Part shown: in pieces, positions 41,822 to 54,407 of the stretch
How positions within the stretch are numbered: position 1 is the stretch's first letter
Layout: the number at the start of each line of letters is the position of its first letter
Origin: Chrysomallon squamiferum
Lineage: Eukaryota; Animalia; Mollusca
DNA length: 64,000 bases
Reading direction: 5' to 3'
Assembly: GCA_012295275.1 (NCBI GenBank)
Contig: CM022667.1
Location: 13,764,001 to 13,828,000, forward strand
Program-made: the position numbers and the translations under genes
The notes under the pieces: model-generated
Seen by the model: the letters and a program-made list of their open reading frames with translations, nothing else
What the model was told of the DNA's origin: nothing
Databases searched by the model: none

Positions 41822-42526
41822 ATGGGCAGTCTGAGATTGGTTTTCTTTATTACTGCGCTTCTTCTTGTTGGATTAACGCAAGCGACTGGTAAGTAGTTTG
41901 ATTTTATGAGTGTTTAGTGTGTGAATGTGTGTGGGTATGTGCGTGAGAGAAAGACTTGTGATTATTTATTAAAAAAAAATTTTTTTTTTTTTTGGTCATT
42001 TATATCAGTCAGTTGGTTAGTAATTTAATTATATGACACTTTTATAACATATTTTATAATCTATGAAAAATTATATAATTTTATTTATTTATTTATTTAT
42101 TATTTGTGGGTTCACCTCACCATGCCCGCAACGACACGGACTATAGCAACTGAAACGTTCTGTTGTATCACATAATCCCTTACAAACTCCTACAGGCAGG
42201 TGGTACAGTGAGATTAATTTTATTTTTTTATTATTTATTGTTGTTGTTTCTTTGTTTGGTTTGGCTTAGCTTTACCTCAAATCGATTAAAATGTAACAGA
42301 TTAGCTATCACTACATCTATGCAGCTTTTCGATAACCTAAAAAGGGAACACCCTTAGTAAATAGTTACTGTTATTTTCAGAACCAAATTCCTCGTCGGAC
42401 GATGCGGTTCCGGAATGCTTGGACAAACTCCTTATGGGCTGTCTCTTTGATGAGTCATCGAACCCTAAAGGTCCTGAAAGCGAGTGCTGTTTGAAATGTC
42501 TTATCTTCTGCGAGTCTGATCTTTAG
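41822..42526 (+). CDS. Two-exon secreted six-cysteine acidic peptide (70 aa)
   Basis: Exon 41822-41888 (MGSLRLVFFITALLLVGLTQAT, donor GTAAGT) joined in phase 1 to 42381-42526 (EPNSSSDDAVPECLDKLLMGCLFDESSNPKGPESECCLKCLIFCESDL*); AATAAA ~42559. Confidence 0.8.
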
Positions 42527-42977
42527 CTGTAGTCATTTGTAAGGAGTGACGAGAATGTAATAAAGATTCTGATAATCAGCTGTTGTTTTAGTTTCTTTAG
42601 TTCCGCTTTATCAAATACATGGAATAGATATGTAGAGAAATTAATTACACCAAAGCGGATAATTTCCGACGCCATTTACCACTTAAGAATCCTTGACGCG
42701 TTGTCGCCTAAGAGAAAAAAATATTCAAAAAAAAAAAAAATATTCACGGATACAGACATACTAAAGAATAAATAAATTAATAAATAAATAATAAAATAAA
42801 ATAAACATACAGTTAAATGAATTAAAAAGAAAATTAAGAATAGTTGTAGGAATATCAGTATTTATGACTTAACCAGCACAAGTTCTTAATGAACAAACAT
42901 CTTTATTCTAGCGTTGAACAGTGAGTAAACACAATTAACATTTGTTACTATTTTTGGTTTCTAAAAAACATTTGTTG

Positions 42978-43197
42978 ACCACTCAGAATGCCTCCCCTTC
43001 CTCCAACTCTCCACTGAAGGAAGAGAGGAACGGTCATCAATGACGAGGAGCGAGTCACCAAAAAGGTGACACTCCCAGTCCGCTTCGCGCTCAGAAGAGG
43101 AGGCTGTGTCTCGTCCTCGTGGTCTCGGTCGTTCGTCAGTGTTACGTGACGTCTTGGCGATGCATACTATAGAAATGATCCCTAAAAGTATGATCTT
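42978..43197 (-). ncRNA. U3: U3 snoRNA, type A, inverted
   Basis: Reverse complement of the 220-nt U3; proximal upstream flank diverged. Confidence 0.93.
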
Positions 43198-44177
43198 AAA
43201 TTGTATCGTCTCCGGATAATGTGTATATAAAACAGTGTTCGGTTTCAGTATGGTACGTTGATCATGCATATTAATGTATTCATTTCAGACGTTATTAATT
43301 AATCCAAAATTCGTAAAAGTAATTCTAAAACTTGTAATAGTTAATATTACTGTAATACGTTCTGTTCTTTAATGTGATTGATGATGTCGATTTAAGAAAG
43401 CTAACTTGTCTTTGTTATCGACATTTTTATTTCTTTTACGTTTTTGACCGAGTCAAATGACTTTTAAAGACTGAACTGAGCATGAAAATATTTAGTATGT
43501 CTGAGTAATTCTAGAAATCATTCGCCTAACTCAAAGATTCTTGCAAGTTCTTTTTATAATAAACATTTATAATTTTCACTAAAACGTTTTCAGGTACTGT
43601 CTCTGTGTATTTCTGATTGTGCATTTGAATGTCTGGATGGAAATAAACACTGAAAGGAAATAGTAAACAGTTGAAAATAAATAAAAGTAAATAAATAAAT
43701 AAATAGACAGATAAGTAAAATGAATTTGAAAATCCACATCAAAGAATCGATATAATTGAAGTAAATACAATAGGTTTGACGATTAATGAGGATAACGTCG
43801 CGTTTTTACGAAACATCTTTATGTTGGTGTTAAACAGTCAGATCTCGACAATCATTTACAAATTTGTAACAATCTTTCGGGTTCTTAAGAACAACAACAA
43901 CAGTAACGACTAAATAATAATAGATAAATAAATAAATAGATAAATGTGTGAATAAAATAAAAATAAAACAAAAAAATACAAAAATAAAATAAAATGCAAA
44001 ACAAAAAATACAAAATAAAAAAAACGCAAATTAAACAGTTGTAGGAATATCAGTATTTATGATTTAACCAGCACAAGTTCTTGATGAAAAGAGATCTTTA
44101 TTATTTCTGGCGTTAAACAATGAGTAAACACAATTAACTATTTGTTACTATTTTTGGCTTTTGAAAAACGTTTGTGG

Positions 44178-44397
44178 ACCACTCAGAATGCCTCCCCTTC
44201 CTCCAACTCTCCACTGAAGGAAGAGAGGAACGGTCATCAATGACGAGGAGCGAGTCATCGGAAAGGTGACACTCCCAGTCCGCTTCGCGCTCAGAAGAGG
44301 AGGCTGTGTCTCGTCCTCGTGGTCTCGGTCGTTCGTCAGTGTTACGTGACGTCTTGGTGATGCATACTATAGAAATGATCCCTAAAAGTATGATCTT
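44178..44397 (-). ncRNA. U3: U3 snoRNA, type A, inverted, ~3 substitutions
   Basis: Reverse-complement U3 with promoter block at ~44398-44480. Confidence 0.9.
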
Positions 44398-44878
44398 AAA
44401 TTGTATAAGTTCCGGGATAGAGCATATATGAAACAGTATTCGGTTTCAGTATGGTATGTTAATCATGCATATTAATATATTCGTTTCAGTCATTATTAAT
44501 TAATCCAAAATTCGTAATTCTAATGCTTTTGATATCTAATATTACTGTAATTCATTATTTTGTTTAATGTTACTGATGTTATCGATTTAAGAAAGCTAAC
44601 CTGTCTTTGATATCGAATTTTCTATTTCATTCTTTCCTTTTTCCTTTTTGACCGGGTCAATGGTTTATAAAGACTGAACTGAACATTAAACTATTTTGGT
44701 ATATCTGTGTAATTCTAGAAATCATTCGCCTTACTCAAAGGTTCTCGCAAGTTCTTATTATAATAAAGATTAATAATTATTAAAACGTTTTCAAGTTCTG
44801 TCACTGTATATTTCTGTGTGTGCATTTGAATGTTTGCATGGAAATAAACACTGAAAGGAAATAGTAAACAGTTGAAAA

Positions 44879-44913
<35 letters not shown>

Positions 44914-45136
44914 ATAGATAAAATAAATAAATAAAATAAATTTTAAAATGCACATCAAAGAATCGATATAATTGTAGTAAATACAATAGGTTTGACGATT
45001 AATGAGGATAACGTCACGTTTTTAAAAACATCTTTATGTTGGTGTTAAACAGTCAGATGTCGACAATCTCATACAAATTTGTTACAATTTTTCTGGTTCT
45101 TAACAACAACAATAACAACAATAATGAGAACGAGTA

Positions 45137-45173
<37 letters not shown>

Positions 45174-45212
45174 TAATAATATAATAATAATAAATTAATA
45201 ATAATAATAATA

Positions 45213-45244
<32 letters not shown>

Positions 45245-46470
45245 AATGTGTAGAGCATATATGAAACAGTATTCGGTTTCAGTATGGTCCATTGATCATG
45301 CATATCAATATGTTCATTTCAGACATTATTAATTGATCCAAAATTCGTAAAAGTAATTCTGATGCTTGTGATGGTTAATATTACTGTAATTCGTTCTGTT
45401 CTTTAATGTGTCTTTGTTATCGACATTTTTATTTCATTCTATTTCTTTTACATTTTTGATGATTTTTAAAGACTGAACTGAACATTAAAATATTTTTCTA
45501 TGTCTGTGTAATTCTATAAATCATTCGCCTTAAGCAAAAGTTCTCGTAAGTTCTTATTATAATAAAGATTAATAATTATCATTAAAACATTTTCAAGTTC
45601 TGTCACTGTGTATTTCTGTTTGTGCATTTCAATGTTTGCATGGAAATAAACACTGAAAAGAATTAGTAAATAGCTGAAAATAAATAAACTAGTAGAGAAA
45701 GAAAGAAACAAATAAATAAATCCACATGAAAGAACCGATATAAATGTAGTAAATACAATAGATTTTACTATTAATGAGAATAAACATAAAAACATAAACA
45801 CGCGCGCGCGCATACAGACAAACGTGTTAACATACAACAACTAAAGAGTTTAATTTTATTTCCGTTCTTTATTGAATTCTGAGTCTGAAAATAGTTTTAT
45901 GGTCCACTTTTTGATTATTTTCAGTTATCTTCAGCGGTTTATAATCTTTGAAATCTGCAAAATAAATGTATTTTATTAATTGTCATATCAAATTACTTAT
46001 AAACAGACAATCGGACGCTCACAGTTATTAAGGACTTATCTGAAAGTGAGTTCACTACTGCTGTTATTACCATTAATACTTCTACTATTACTACTGCTCC
46101 TACAACTACTAGTAGTACTAAAACAATTACTACTGCTACTGCTCAATTTTTCAATATAATGCGCTAGCAGACTACATCGTTTTCCAAATATTACAATTAT
46201 CCTACAACTATAACCACTACAACAACTTCTACAGTTTTCTGCGACATCTCCCTGTTTAAAAAAACAATAACTATAATTACATTTTTATGCTCACCTTTTT
46301 TCTATAAAAATATTTGATATCTACGTCTGTTTAAAAAAATTCTAATATAAAAAAAACTACAATTACATGTTTATACTCAACTGTTTACTACCAAAATATC
46401 TCGTTACTAGGATACATACTGCTTCTACTACACAACATTTACGTTTTTTAACTCACCTATTTTCCTTGCA

Positions 46471-46674
46471 CTACCCTGCCTGTGCATAGTTGTTTCCATA
46501 GAAATCATTCTTGTCATAATTCATTGATTTCAAAGTGGAGATAACTGTGTGAATCATAGACTGGTAGAACATCTGCATTTCGCTCAACTGTTGCTCACAC
46601 GTACAACTCTGTGCGTTGACAGCGACACCCATAAAGGCCAAAAGTGCAGCAAAGAACAACAACTTCGACAACAT
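46471..46674 (-). CDS. Small secreted CxC/helical protein, type II (67 aa, N/Y/D-rich tail)
   Basis: ..VAVNA|QSCTCEQQLSEMQMFYQSMIHTVISTLKS + NYDKNDFYGNNYAQAG; GTGAGT donor 14 nt after the stop. Confidence 0.87.
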   Translation of the reverse strand: MLSKLLFFAALLAFMGVAVNAQSCTCEQQLSEMQMFYQSMIHTVISTLKSMNYDKNDFYGNNYAQAG

Positions 46675-47211
46675 TTTGAAAATTAATGCTTAAAACGGTC
46701 AGAGATATTTCTTATTATATGGCTGACCAAGTTGACATAAACTGTTAGTCAAAAATGGACAAACATCTGTTTGTTATTATGTTTTTCATTTCAGCATGAT
46801 TTTGTATTGACATAAAACGAAACAAAGTGAAATTTAAAAAAAAAAAAAACAACATTTGGTGGAATTTTAAGTAATCAAAAGAGCGCTTGTGGTTTTTCCT
46901 GGTTTTAAACAATCTTGATTTTTGTCAAATTTTAATCAGTTTTAAAGACTGTTAAAGACACACATTCACCTATATTGGGCCTACGTGATAAATTATCATT
47001 CTGTTTTGAAACAAATGACAATACTTAAATACCGATGGAAAATAGTTTAATATTTAATCAGATGTTGTATGTTTGAACTAAACTAGTGCGCATGTACCTT
47101 TTTGTTATAGGAAAAGCTGATACTAAGATTCAGGTCCTAGTTTGAAGACTTTAAACCACGTTTCTAAGTCCACATAGTTCTGTAGTGCAGACATTTTGAA
47201 GGAGAGAAGAG

Positions 47212-47403
47212 ATGATGTATTCAAAACTACTGATTCTCGTTTTCAAGATGGCGACATTGTTCGTCATGACAAGCGCCTACTGCTCTTGTGAAGAAAATCT
47301 GCAGAAGACGAAGGAAATTTATCAGCAGATTCTGCATCAACTGATTTATTCAATTTCTAATCATGGAATGGAACCTCTTATGCCAGGTCCAAAAGGCAAA
47401 TAG
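47212..47403 (+). CDS. Small secreted CxC/helical protein, type I (63 aa)
   Basis: ..FVMTSA|YCSCEENLQKTKEIYQQILHQLI..PKGK*; GTAAGT 5 nt after the stop; terminal exon ~48050 with AATAAA ~48123. Confidence 0.85.
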   Translation: MMYSKLLILVFKMATLFVMTSAYCSCEENLQKTKEIYQQILHQLIYSISNHGMEPLMPGPKGK

Positions 47404-47813
47404 ATTTTGTAAGTTTTACGGCAATATTAAATTTGTCCCATTTTTAGAGAGAGTTTCGGAAAAAGTATAAGTATTTTAATTAAATCGCAAGAAGTTAGTA
47501 ACTATCAGTGCATTGCAACACAACTGTTGGCCATTTAAAATTGACCTTTGAAACATTTTAGTAGATGTTTACAGCACTAAGGCACCGCCGTGTTGTTACT
47601 GTTGTCTGTGTTGTTTCTTATTATTTTCGGTTTTATCATAGAAGCATAATAACAGATTGCTACATATAGTAACTACAATTTAAAAAGTTCAAGTAATATC
47701 AATACCTTTTTTTCTATTTATTACTGGGAAATAGCTATCTTTAGAAAATTATACTTTTATTGAAAATAAGATTAAATATATATCTCAGTATATGGTGTCT
47801 AAATTAATAGGCA

Positions 47814-47864
<51 letters not shown>

Positions 47865-48256
47865 TGAAGGTAATGATTATATTAAAGACGACAGTAATAA
47901 AAATAATTCCTTCTTCAGTTTTTAGTATTTTTTGTTTTCAAAGAAATCATTTCAGTAAAATCAGTTTCTTTCTCAGTCCTGCTCATTCTGGAACTGCTGT
48001 ATGTATAAGTCTGTGTATGTAAATTACTTCATTTTGTTTTCTGTTTCAGGATTAGATTAAACTGTACGCAGTCATTCGACGAATTCTGGATTCAGGTGGC
48101 GGCCATTAATTTTCACTAATGAAATAAATCTGAATTTTAATCCAGTTTAATGCGTTGTTGATTTGTGCTATTTTTAACGTAATTTCCTTCTGATTATTCT
48201 GAGGGTTTTTTTTCTGTCTGCTTCAGTTTAAATCAAATCTTAGTTTGCGTGGAGTT

Positions 48257-48344
<88 letters not shown>

Positions 48345-48407
48345 TATTCTTGACACTTCATGGCTGTTTATTTCAAAGTGTCCTAATTGAATTCCTATGA
48401 TGACTAT

Positions 48408-48477
<70 letters not shown>

Positions 48478-49253
48478 CAACAACAATAACGACAACAACA
48501 ACAATAATAATACATTAGCTTTTCTGATAAATTCATTTTATTTGCTGTTCAGCAGACTTGTAATATAAAAACATTAGAACAAATTTCAGTTAAGTAGATA
48601 TATTCTGTTAATTAATATGGCATTTAGCATCATTTTTCTTAAATATTATGAAATCTAATAATAATATTAGCACAATAATAATAATATATATAGAAAAATT
48701 ATAATAATCAATAAGCAAATAATGTTCAATGGCTTCTCTTAAATAATTTTAATATCAAACACACACACACACACACACACACATAATAATTATAATAAAA
48801 TGGTGTACTTTATCAAACTGTTTCGTAATTATTTTCGCTTTAATTCCATTTTCAATGGTTAATTTTCAATCGAAAAACTGATGAAATACCTTTTTTTTTT
48901 TTTAACTGTATTTAAAAAATTTTTAAAAATACAAATCAGTGTTTTTCAACTTATTCTGGGTAAACGTTATTGCAAACAAGTTGGAATTTGGTACGAAAAT
49001 ACGTTGAAAACTAAGTTCAGGATAACAGATTTCTTTCTGTGTTTATACAGCTTAAATTTCAGTTCAATCAAATATTTGCCCAGCTGGGGCATTTGTATTT
49101 TCTTCTTCTTTTTTTTTTCATAACTCAAACCCACCTGTTTGCCATCCCATCTTTTAAAATACCATTTTTTTCTCTTTATAATCTTGTCATTATACACATT
49201 TCACCATTTGAAACAAATTACATTTAGCAGAACGTTGACGCGCTTTCGTCATA

Positions 49254-49430
49254 ATGTTTTCCAAACTACTATTTCTCGTTTCTGCAATCGCCGCCATCTT
49301 GGTAACAGTTGACGCTTATTGTTCGTGTGAAGAAAACTTGCAGAAGACGAAGGAAATTTACCAGCAGATTCTCTTCCAACTGATTGACGGGATATCCCCT
49401 CATGATGAACAGCCAATGCTTGTAAAATAG
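49254..49430 (+). CDS. Small secreted CxC/helical protein, type I (58 aa; absent from ORF track)
   Basis: MFSKLLFLVSAIAAILVTVDA|YCSCEENLQKTKEIYQQILFQLIDGISPHDEQPMLVK*; GTATGT donor 1 nt after the stop; terminal exon ~49921 with AATAAA ~50007. Confidence 0.85.
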   Translation: MFSKLLFLVSAIAAILVTVDAYCSCEENLQKTKEIYQQILFQLIDGISPHDEQPMLVK

Positions 49431-49472
49431 TGTATGTATGTTTATCGATTATTCTCATTAGTTTTTAAGATA

Positions 49473-49528
<56 letters not shown>

Positions 49529-50355
49529 GTGTGTTGTTGTTATTTTAAATCTTTTTTACTAATTTTATCTACCATAATCCTATCTTACAGCTTTATCTAA
49601 TGTAATAATATCAACTATCGTAGTAGTAGCAGTAGAGTAATAGTAGTAATAATAATAGTAGAAGTTGCTTTAGCTTTTATGTTGAATATGGTATTGTTTG
49701 TTATTTTTTGTGTTGTTTTTTGTGTTGTTTTTGTTGTTCTTGTTCTTCTTTGTCTTCGTATATATAGAGATTTAGATCGTTTCTAAAAATTAATAATACG
49801 TTGTATGTATGTATGTATGTATGTATGTGTGCATGTGTATATATACACATACACACAAACACATACATTCATATATAATATTCACATTATATATATTTTT
49901 ATTCTTTATTCATTCTGCAGGACTGACGTCATCCATAAACAGTGAACTGTGAACCTGACTTTCTGAAAGAAGTAAAAACGTAATCGACTAAGATGTAACT
50001 AAAGTTAATAAATATTATAACTACCATTTCTCTTACGTTATGATTCTTCAAACTTTATGACGTGAACACACCGAAGTACATTTCGTAAACTTACAAATAA
50101 TTCTATTATTTCTTATTAAGGTAAAAGAACAGTTAGGCTAAATATTTTAAATGCATAGTTTCCATTTCCAATGATTTCCAATGTTTCATTCGGTTTTGTG
50201 ACTAGTACTAGTTACTTGCAATGTATGACAGTGCTATTATTATAAACATCCAAGTAACAAGGAATATTCTATTGTTACGTCTTTAATACTATTACGTCAC
50301 GATACAGAAGACATTTTAAACATATAACTAAAGTAATGAAAACATCAATCTAGAA

Positions 50356-51608
50356 CAGTGGTTCTCAAACTTTTTTAAGTCAGGGCACACTTGAAACCTT
50401 ACAAAAAATTGCGGGCACACTACACACAAAATGCTAAGAAATGTAATGCAAAATGTAAAAAAAATACAGAAATAACTGAAAGAAGGATATTTTGGTTGAA
50501 TCGGTTGCAGAGTAGGCTGCTGAGGTTGTCTAGTCTCATTGTCTACATATATGTCAGAATCTTCATCATTTCGCGTATAAACAGTTCTCGTCTGGAATCT
50601 GTACCGTTTGTTTTTCTTCTGTGAGAGATGATACATTTAGAGTTACCGCCCTTGTGTGAGAGATGTTCACTTATATATTTAGAGTTACCGCCCTTGTGTG
50701 AGAGATGTTCACGGACATATTTAGAGTTACCGCCCTTGTGTGAGAGATGTTCACTGATATATTTAGAGTTGACGCCTTTGTATGAGATACGTTCACTGAT
50801 ATATTTAGAGTTGACGCCTTTGTATGAGATATGTTCACTGATATATTTAGAGTAACCGCCGTTGTGTGCGTGTATACGTTTATTCATCATCTATTTTGTG
50901 CTGATGAGAAATATCAGCCTGTCATGTCTTGGCAATTTCTTCAAATATATTGTAATATGAAATACAAAGCAGTGGACTGTTAAAATGTAAAAAAACTGTA
51001 CAAAGGCTGTATCTGTAATGGTGTGCATTGTGCAGTGAGGGAAGACTTTTATCAATCGTTAGCCAATCATATTAAACCGTACGGCATACTTAATACCACT
51101 CACTAACTCCCCACTCAACCGTAGAGAGTCTCTTGATAGGCTCTTCACATCAAGTAGTAAAGCTGCTGACAAAAACAAATTTATTTGTTTTGATTACACT
51201 AGTGCCTGCTCCCAAAGTCAATGTTGTTGGGTTGGGGTTGGAATTGAAGGTCAAGGTCGGTGGGCCAGGTGCGCGGCCGCCATAAAGAAACTAAATTTTT
51301 AGATAGGTAGTGACTGTGACAGTGATAGGAATATGTGTCACAAGAAAACTTTGGCTATTATCACACTTGCACACCCTATCACTCATACTGCAGCCTTGAG
51401 CAGTCGCTCTTGCTCGCCAGCCTTTTCTCTCACCAACGTGTATAAAATCTTCTTCCAGGCAACCGGCTATTTCTTACTGGATAGCTTTCCGCTCTTAACG
51501 TAATCAATTTTTTTATCATCACAAATATCTGTCTAGATCCTAGAATTTCGTGGGGCACACCTAACCATGTCTCCGTTAACACCCGGGAACACCCTTTGAG
51601 AACCACTG
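50356..51608. mobile_element. Non-autonomous hAT (Charlie-type) DNA transposon, 1253 bp
   Basis: TIRs CAGTGGTTCTCAAA / TTTGAGAACCACTG; perfect 8-bp TSD ATCTAGAA at 50348-50355 and 51609-51616 (Charlie NTCTAGAN preference). Confidence 0.92.
50630..50870. repeat. 42-bp minisatellite inside the hAT element
   Basis: ATATTTAGAGTTACCGCCCTTGTGTGAGAGATGTTCACTGAT, ~5.7 copies in two sub-variants. Confidence 0.9.
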
Positions 51609-52726
51609 ATCTAGAATATAAAATTAATAGATTATAATTATAAACTAAACTGTACATGCAATGCTATGCTTCCGGGAAGGGCAAAAATAACAACTGATGG
51701 TGGGTATCTAGTTTGTGTTTTGGGTTATTAAGATCCTTACCTATAAGAAATATGCAAAAGTAGTTTCATAAATAGGTCCATCCAACCAAAATAGCAAATT
51801 GGGGCTCTATGATTTATATTAATGGACGATAGACCAAATATTTCAGTTCGGTGCCTCTATTACAAATTAACGAGAGTAATTTGGGCGAAATAATTTATTG
51901 TCTAAGTATTTTTTTCGCAAAAGCTTACCTTTTTGAGTAAGCTAACGTATAGCCGTTTTGGTAAGTGCACCATATTTATTTATTTTCATTTCTTTCCTTT
52001 ATACATAAATGACGTCAGCTATTTGATATTTTAACATTTTCTTTGTTCATATGAAAGGTACGTGTGTGCGTGTGTGTCTCTGTGTGTATGTGTTTGTATG
52101 TATCTATGTATCTGTCTATCTGTCTATCTATCTCTCTCTCTGTCTCTATCTATCTATCTATCTATCTATCTATATATATATATTTACGATGTTTAAATTA
52201 TAGGGTGTATTTTAAAATGATTTACTTGTTTTTGTATGTATTATAAATTATTTTACTAGAATATATAAAGGTTCCGTAGTATTTAGTTGTTAAATACAAT
52301 TTCATTCGCATTAATTTAGTTGTATTCCTGTGAGATGGGGGGAGGGGCCCAGACGGTACTGTGATCCGGGGTCCAAGAACTAAGAAGGGCTCCACAGCAA
52401 CCATGCAACAACCAATACCCCCTCAAGAACAAGCACTTTCTACTACTCTCAGCCAGACATACACTCACTTATATTCATTCACATACACAAACATCACTAT
52501 ACTTATCAGACCACACTTACTTCTTTTTATTAGTATTAATTATTAATTATTGTAGGCCTAGAGTTTACATGTAGATTTACTGGACATAAAATCCTCAATT
52601 TTGCGAAAAATCTTTGCCTGCTTCGGGACCTCAAGGGGGTTTTCTCTTTGAGACCCTGTGCATTCCAAAACATGAAGCAAAGATTTTTACAATTTCTTTA
52701 ATGCAGTTACTGATCAAATATAATAC

Positions 52727-52771
<45 letters not shown>

Positions 52772-53119
52772 AAATAGGCTCGTTTACATCGAATGGGTGT
52801 CCATCAAAGTAAATTAGGAGTCAAAGGGGACAAACAAGTAAAACAAAGATAACGTACTGCTCTACATCGAAGTAAACGTGTAAATCCAAGACAGAGGAAC
52901 AGGAGATAATATAGATCTGGAACAGATGTTATGTACGTGGTTTTCTTTAGTGTTTTTATGTTGTTTTTCCCCTTTTTTTTCTTCTTTTTTAAACTATAGA
53001 TAAACCAAACAGGTGGAAAGTAAAATTATAAAAGACATAAATATCGAGCTTTAATCGTTATCGAACACAGACGAAAAAGAAAAACGACAAGAAGAAGAAA
53101 AAGAAAGAACATTACAATA

Positions 53120-53392
53120 ATGTTCAAACTGATTCTTCTTATCCTGGTTGTGGTCGTTGTGAACGTCGCTGTAGATGCTCAGACGTGTTCGTGTCAGCAA
53201 CAGTTAGACGAAATGACGACGTTTTATAAACGGATGATCGACAACGTCGTTTCTACAATCCGCTCCATGAATTCGCAGTCCACAAATCCTGGTCCGCCGC
53301 CACCACCCATGCCTCCAGTGCAGGGATACCCCTGGGAGTACGATACCACCACACCTACTACCCCGCCCACTTTTACCTGGCCAGCTAAGTAG
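53120..53392 (+). CDS. Small secreted CxC/helical protein, type III (90 aa, Pro/Thr-rich tail)
   Basis: ..VAVDA|QTCSCQQQLDEMTTFYKRMIDNVVSTIRS + PGPPPPP..QGYPWEY..TTPTT; TATAAAA ~53028; TAG followed directly by GTAAGC; terminal exon ~53597. Confidence 0.88.
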   Translation: MFKLILLILVVVVVNVAVDAQTCSCQQQLDEMTTFYKRMIDNVVSTIRSMNSQSTNPGPPPPPMPPVQGYPWEYDTTTPTTPPTFTWPAK

Positions 53393-54407
53393 GTAAGCAT
53401 GAAAGTTTGCAGTATATAAGTTTTATCTAAATTATTACAGACAGATTAAAAATAATTATTCGGACAAAAGTCCTAAAATGAAACAGTGAAAAGCGAAGTA
53501 ATTTGCCTGTTAAATAACATTAAACGTTTTTAAATTTCAACTAACTATCATTTTTATAAGAAGATTCACTAATTTTTAATATTTTTTAATTTCAGAATAA
53601 CGTGGAATTAAAACGTATGGGTAGATAATCCAAATATACACTATATATATATATATATATATATGTAGAATTTAACAATAAATTTCTAAATAAATATTTT
53701 AAAGCTGAAATGGTTGTTCTGTTATTTTTGATATCTCCAGATTACTGTTAAATAATAAGACATCTAAAATCACATCATGGCCTGGCCGTGAACAATGAAC
53801 TTTACCACCCTCTTTGTCCTTTAAATCTTCTGATCAAGATGCAAATTTGAAAACGTCTTGCAATTATAAATCTCATTATATTCCTGTAGTTACTCTGTGT
53901 TATGTTTGTCTTGCAATATTCTTGTAGCTGGTCATAAATAAGATTATTTGCTTATGTTTTACTTGAAATACTCCTATATTACATCGCATGTAACCATATT
54001 TTCTTATATTTTAATGTAATATTTTTATGTGGACTGGATTTCAGTGTATGATATTGTTTAGATATATAGACTGTTTTTCTTTTGTTTGTTTTATATAATA
54101 TAAAATATGTTATCCAAATATTTTTAGGACTTTTGTCAATTCAAACTGAGGAGCTGAGGCATGAATACATTCGTAACATATGTTTCATACATGATTTTTT
54201 TGTCTTTAAATACAAAAGGCTATTGTTTGATGGTATTCAGAAAAGAATATAAAAGACTATAAAGAACAACAAACAAAAAATACAGACACGTGGATACTAA
54301 GACTTTCTGATAAAACATATAAATATTCACTTTTATCCGTCACGAACTCAAACGAAAACGAAAGCAGACGAAACTGAAATATAACGAGTTCATTTATTCC
54401 AAGAATA

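Noticed and set aside
49249-49458. Minus-strand 69-aa ORF (also 40085-40321 and 54492-54722)
   Set aside because: Antisense shadows of the real plus-strand secreted-protein genes.
50840-50945. Minus-strand HAHNGGYSKY resembling a Tc1 transposase C-terminus
   Set aside because: Very short match, interrupted by stops, inside an element with hAT ends.
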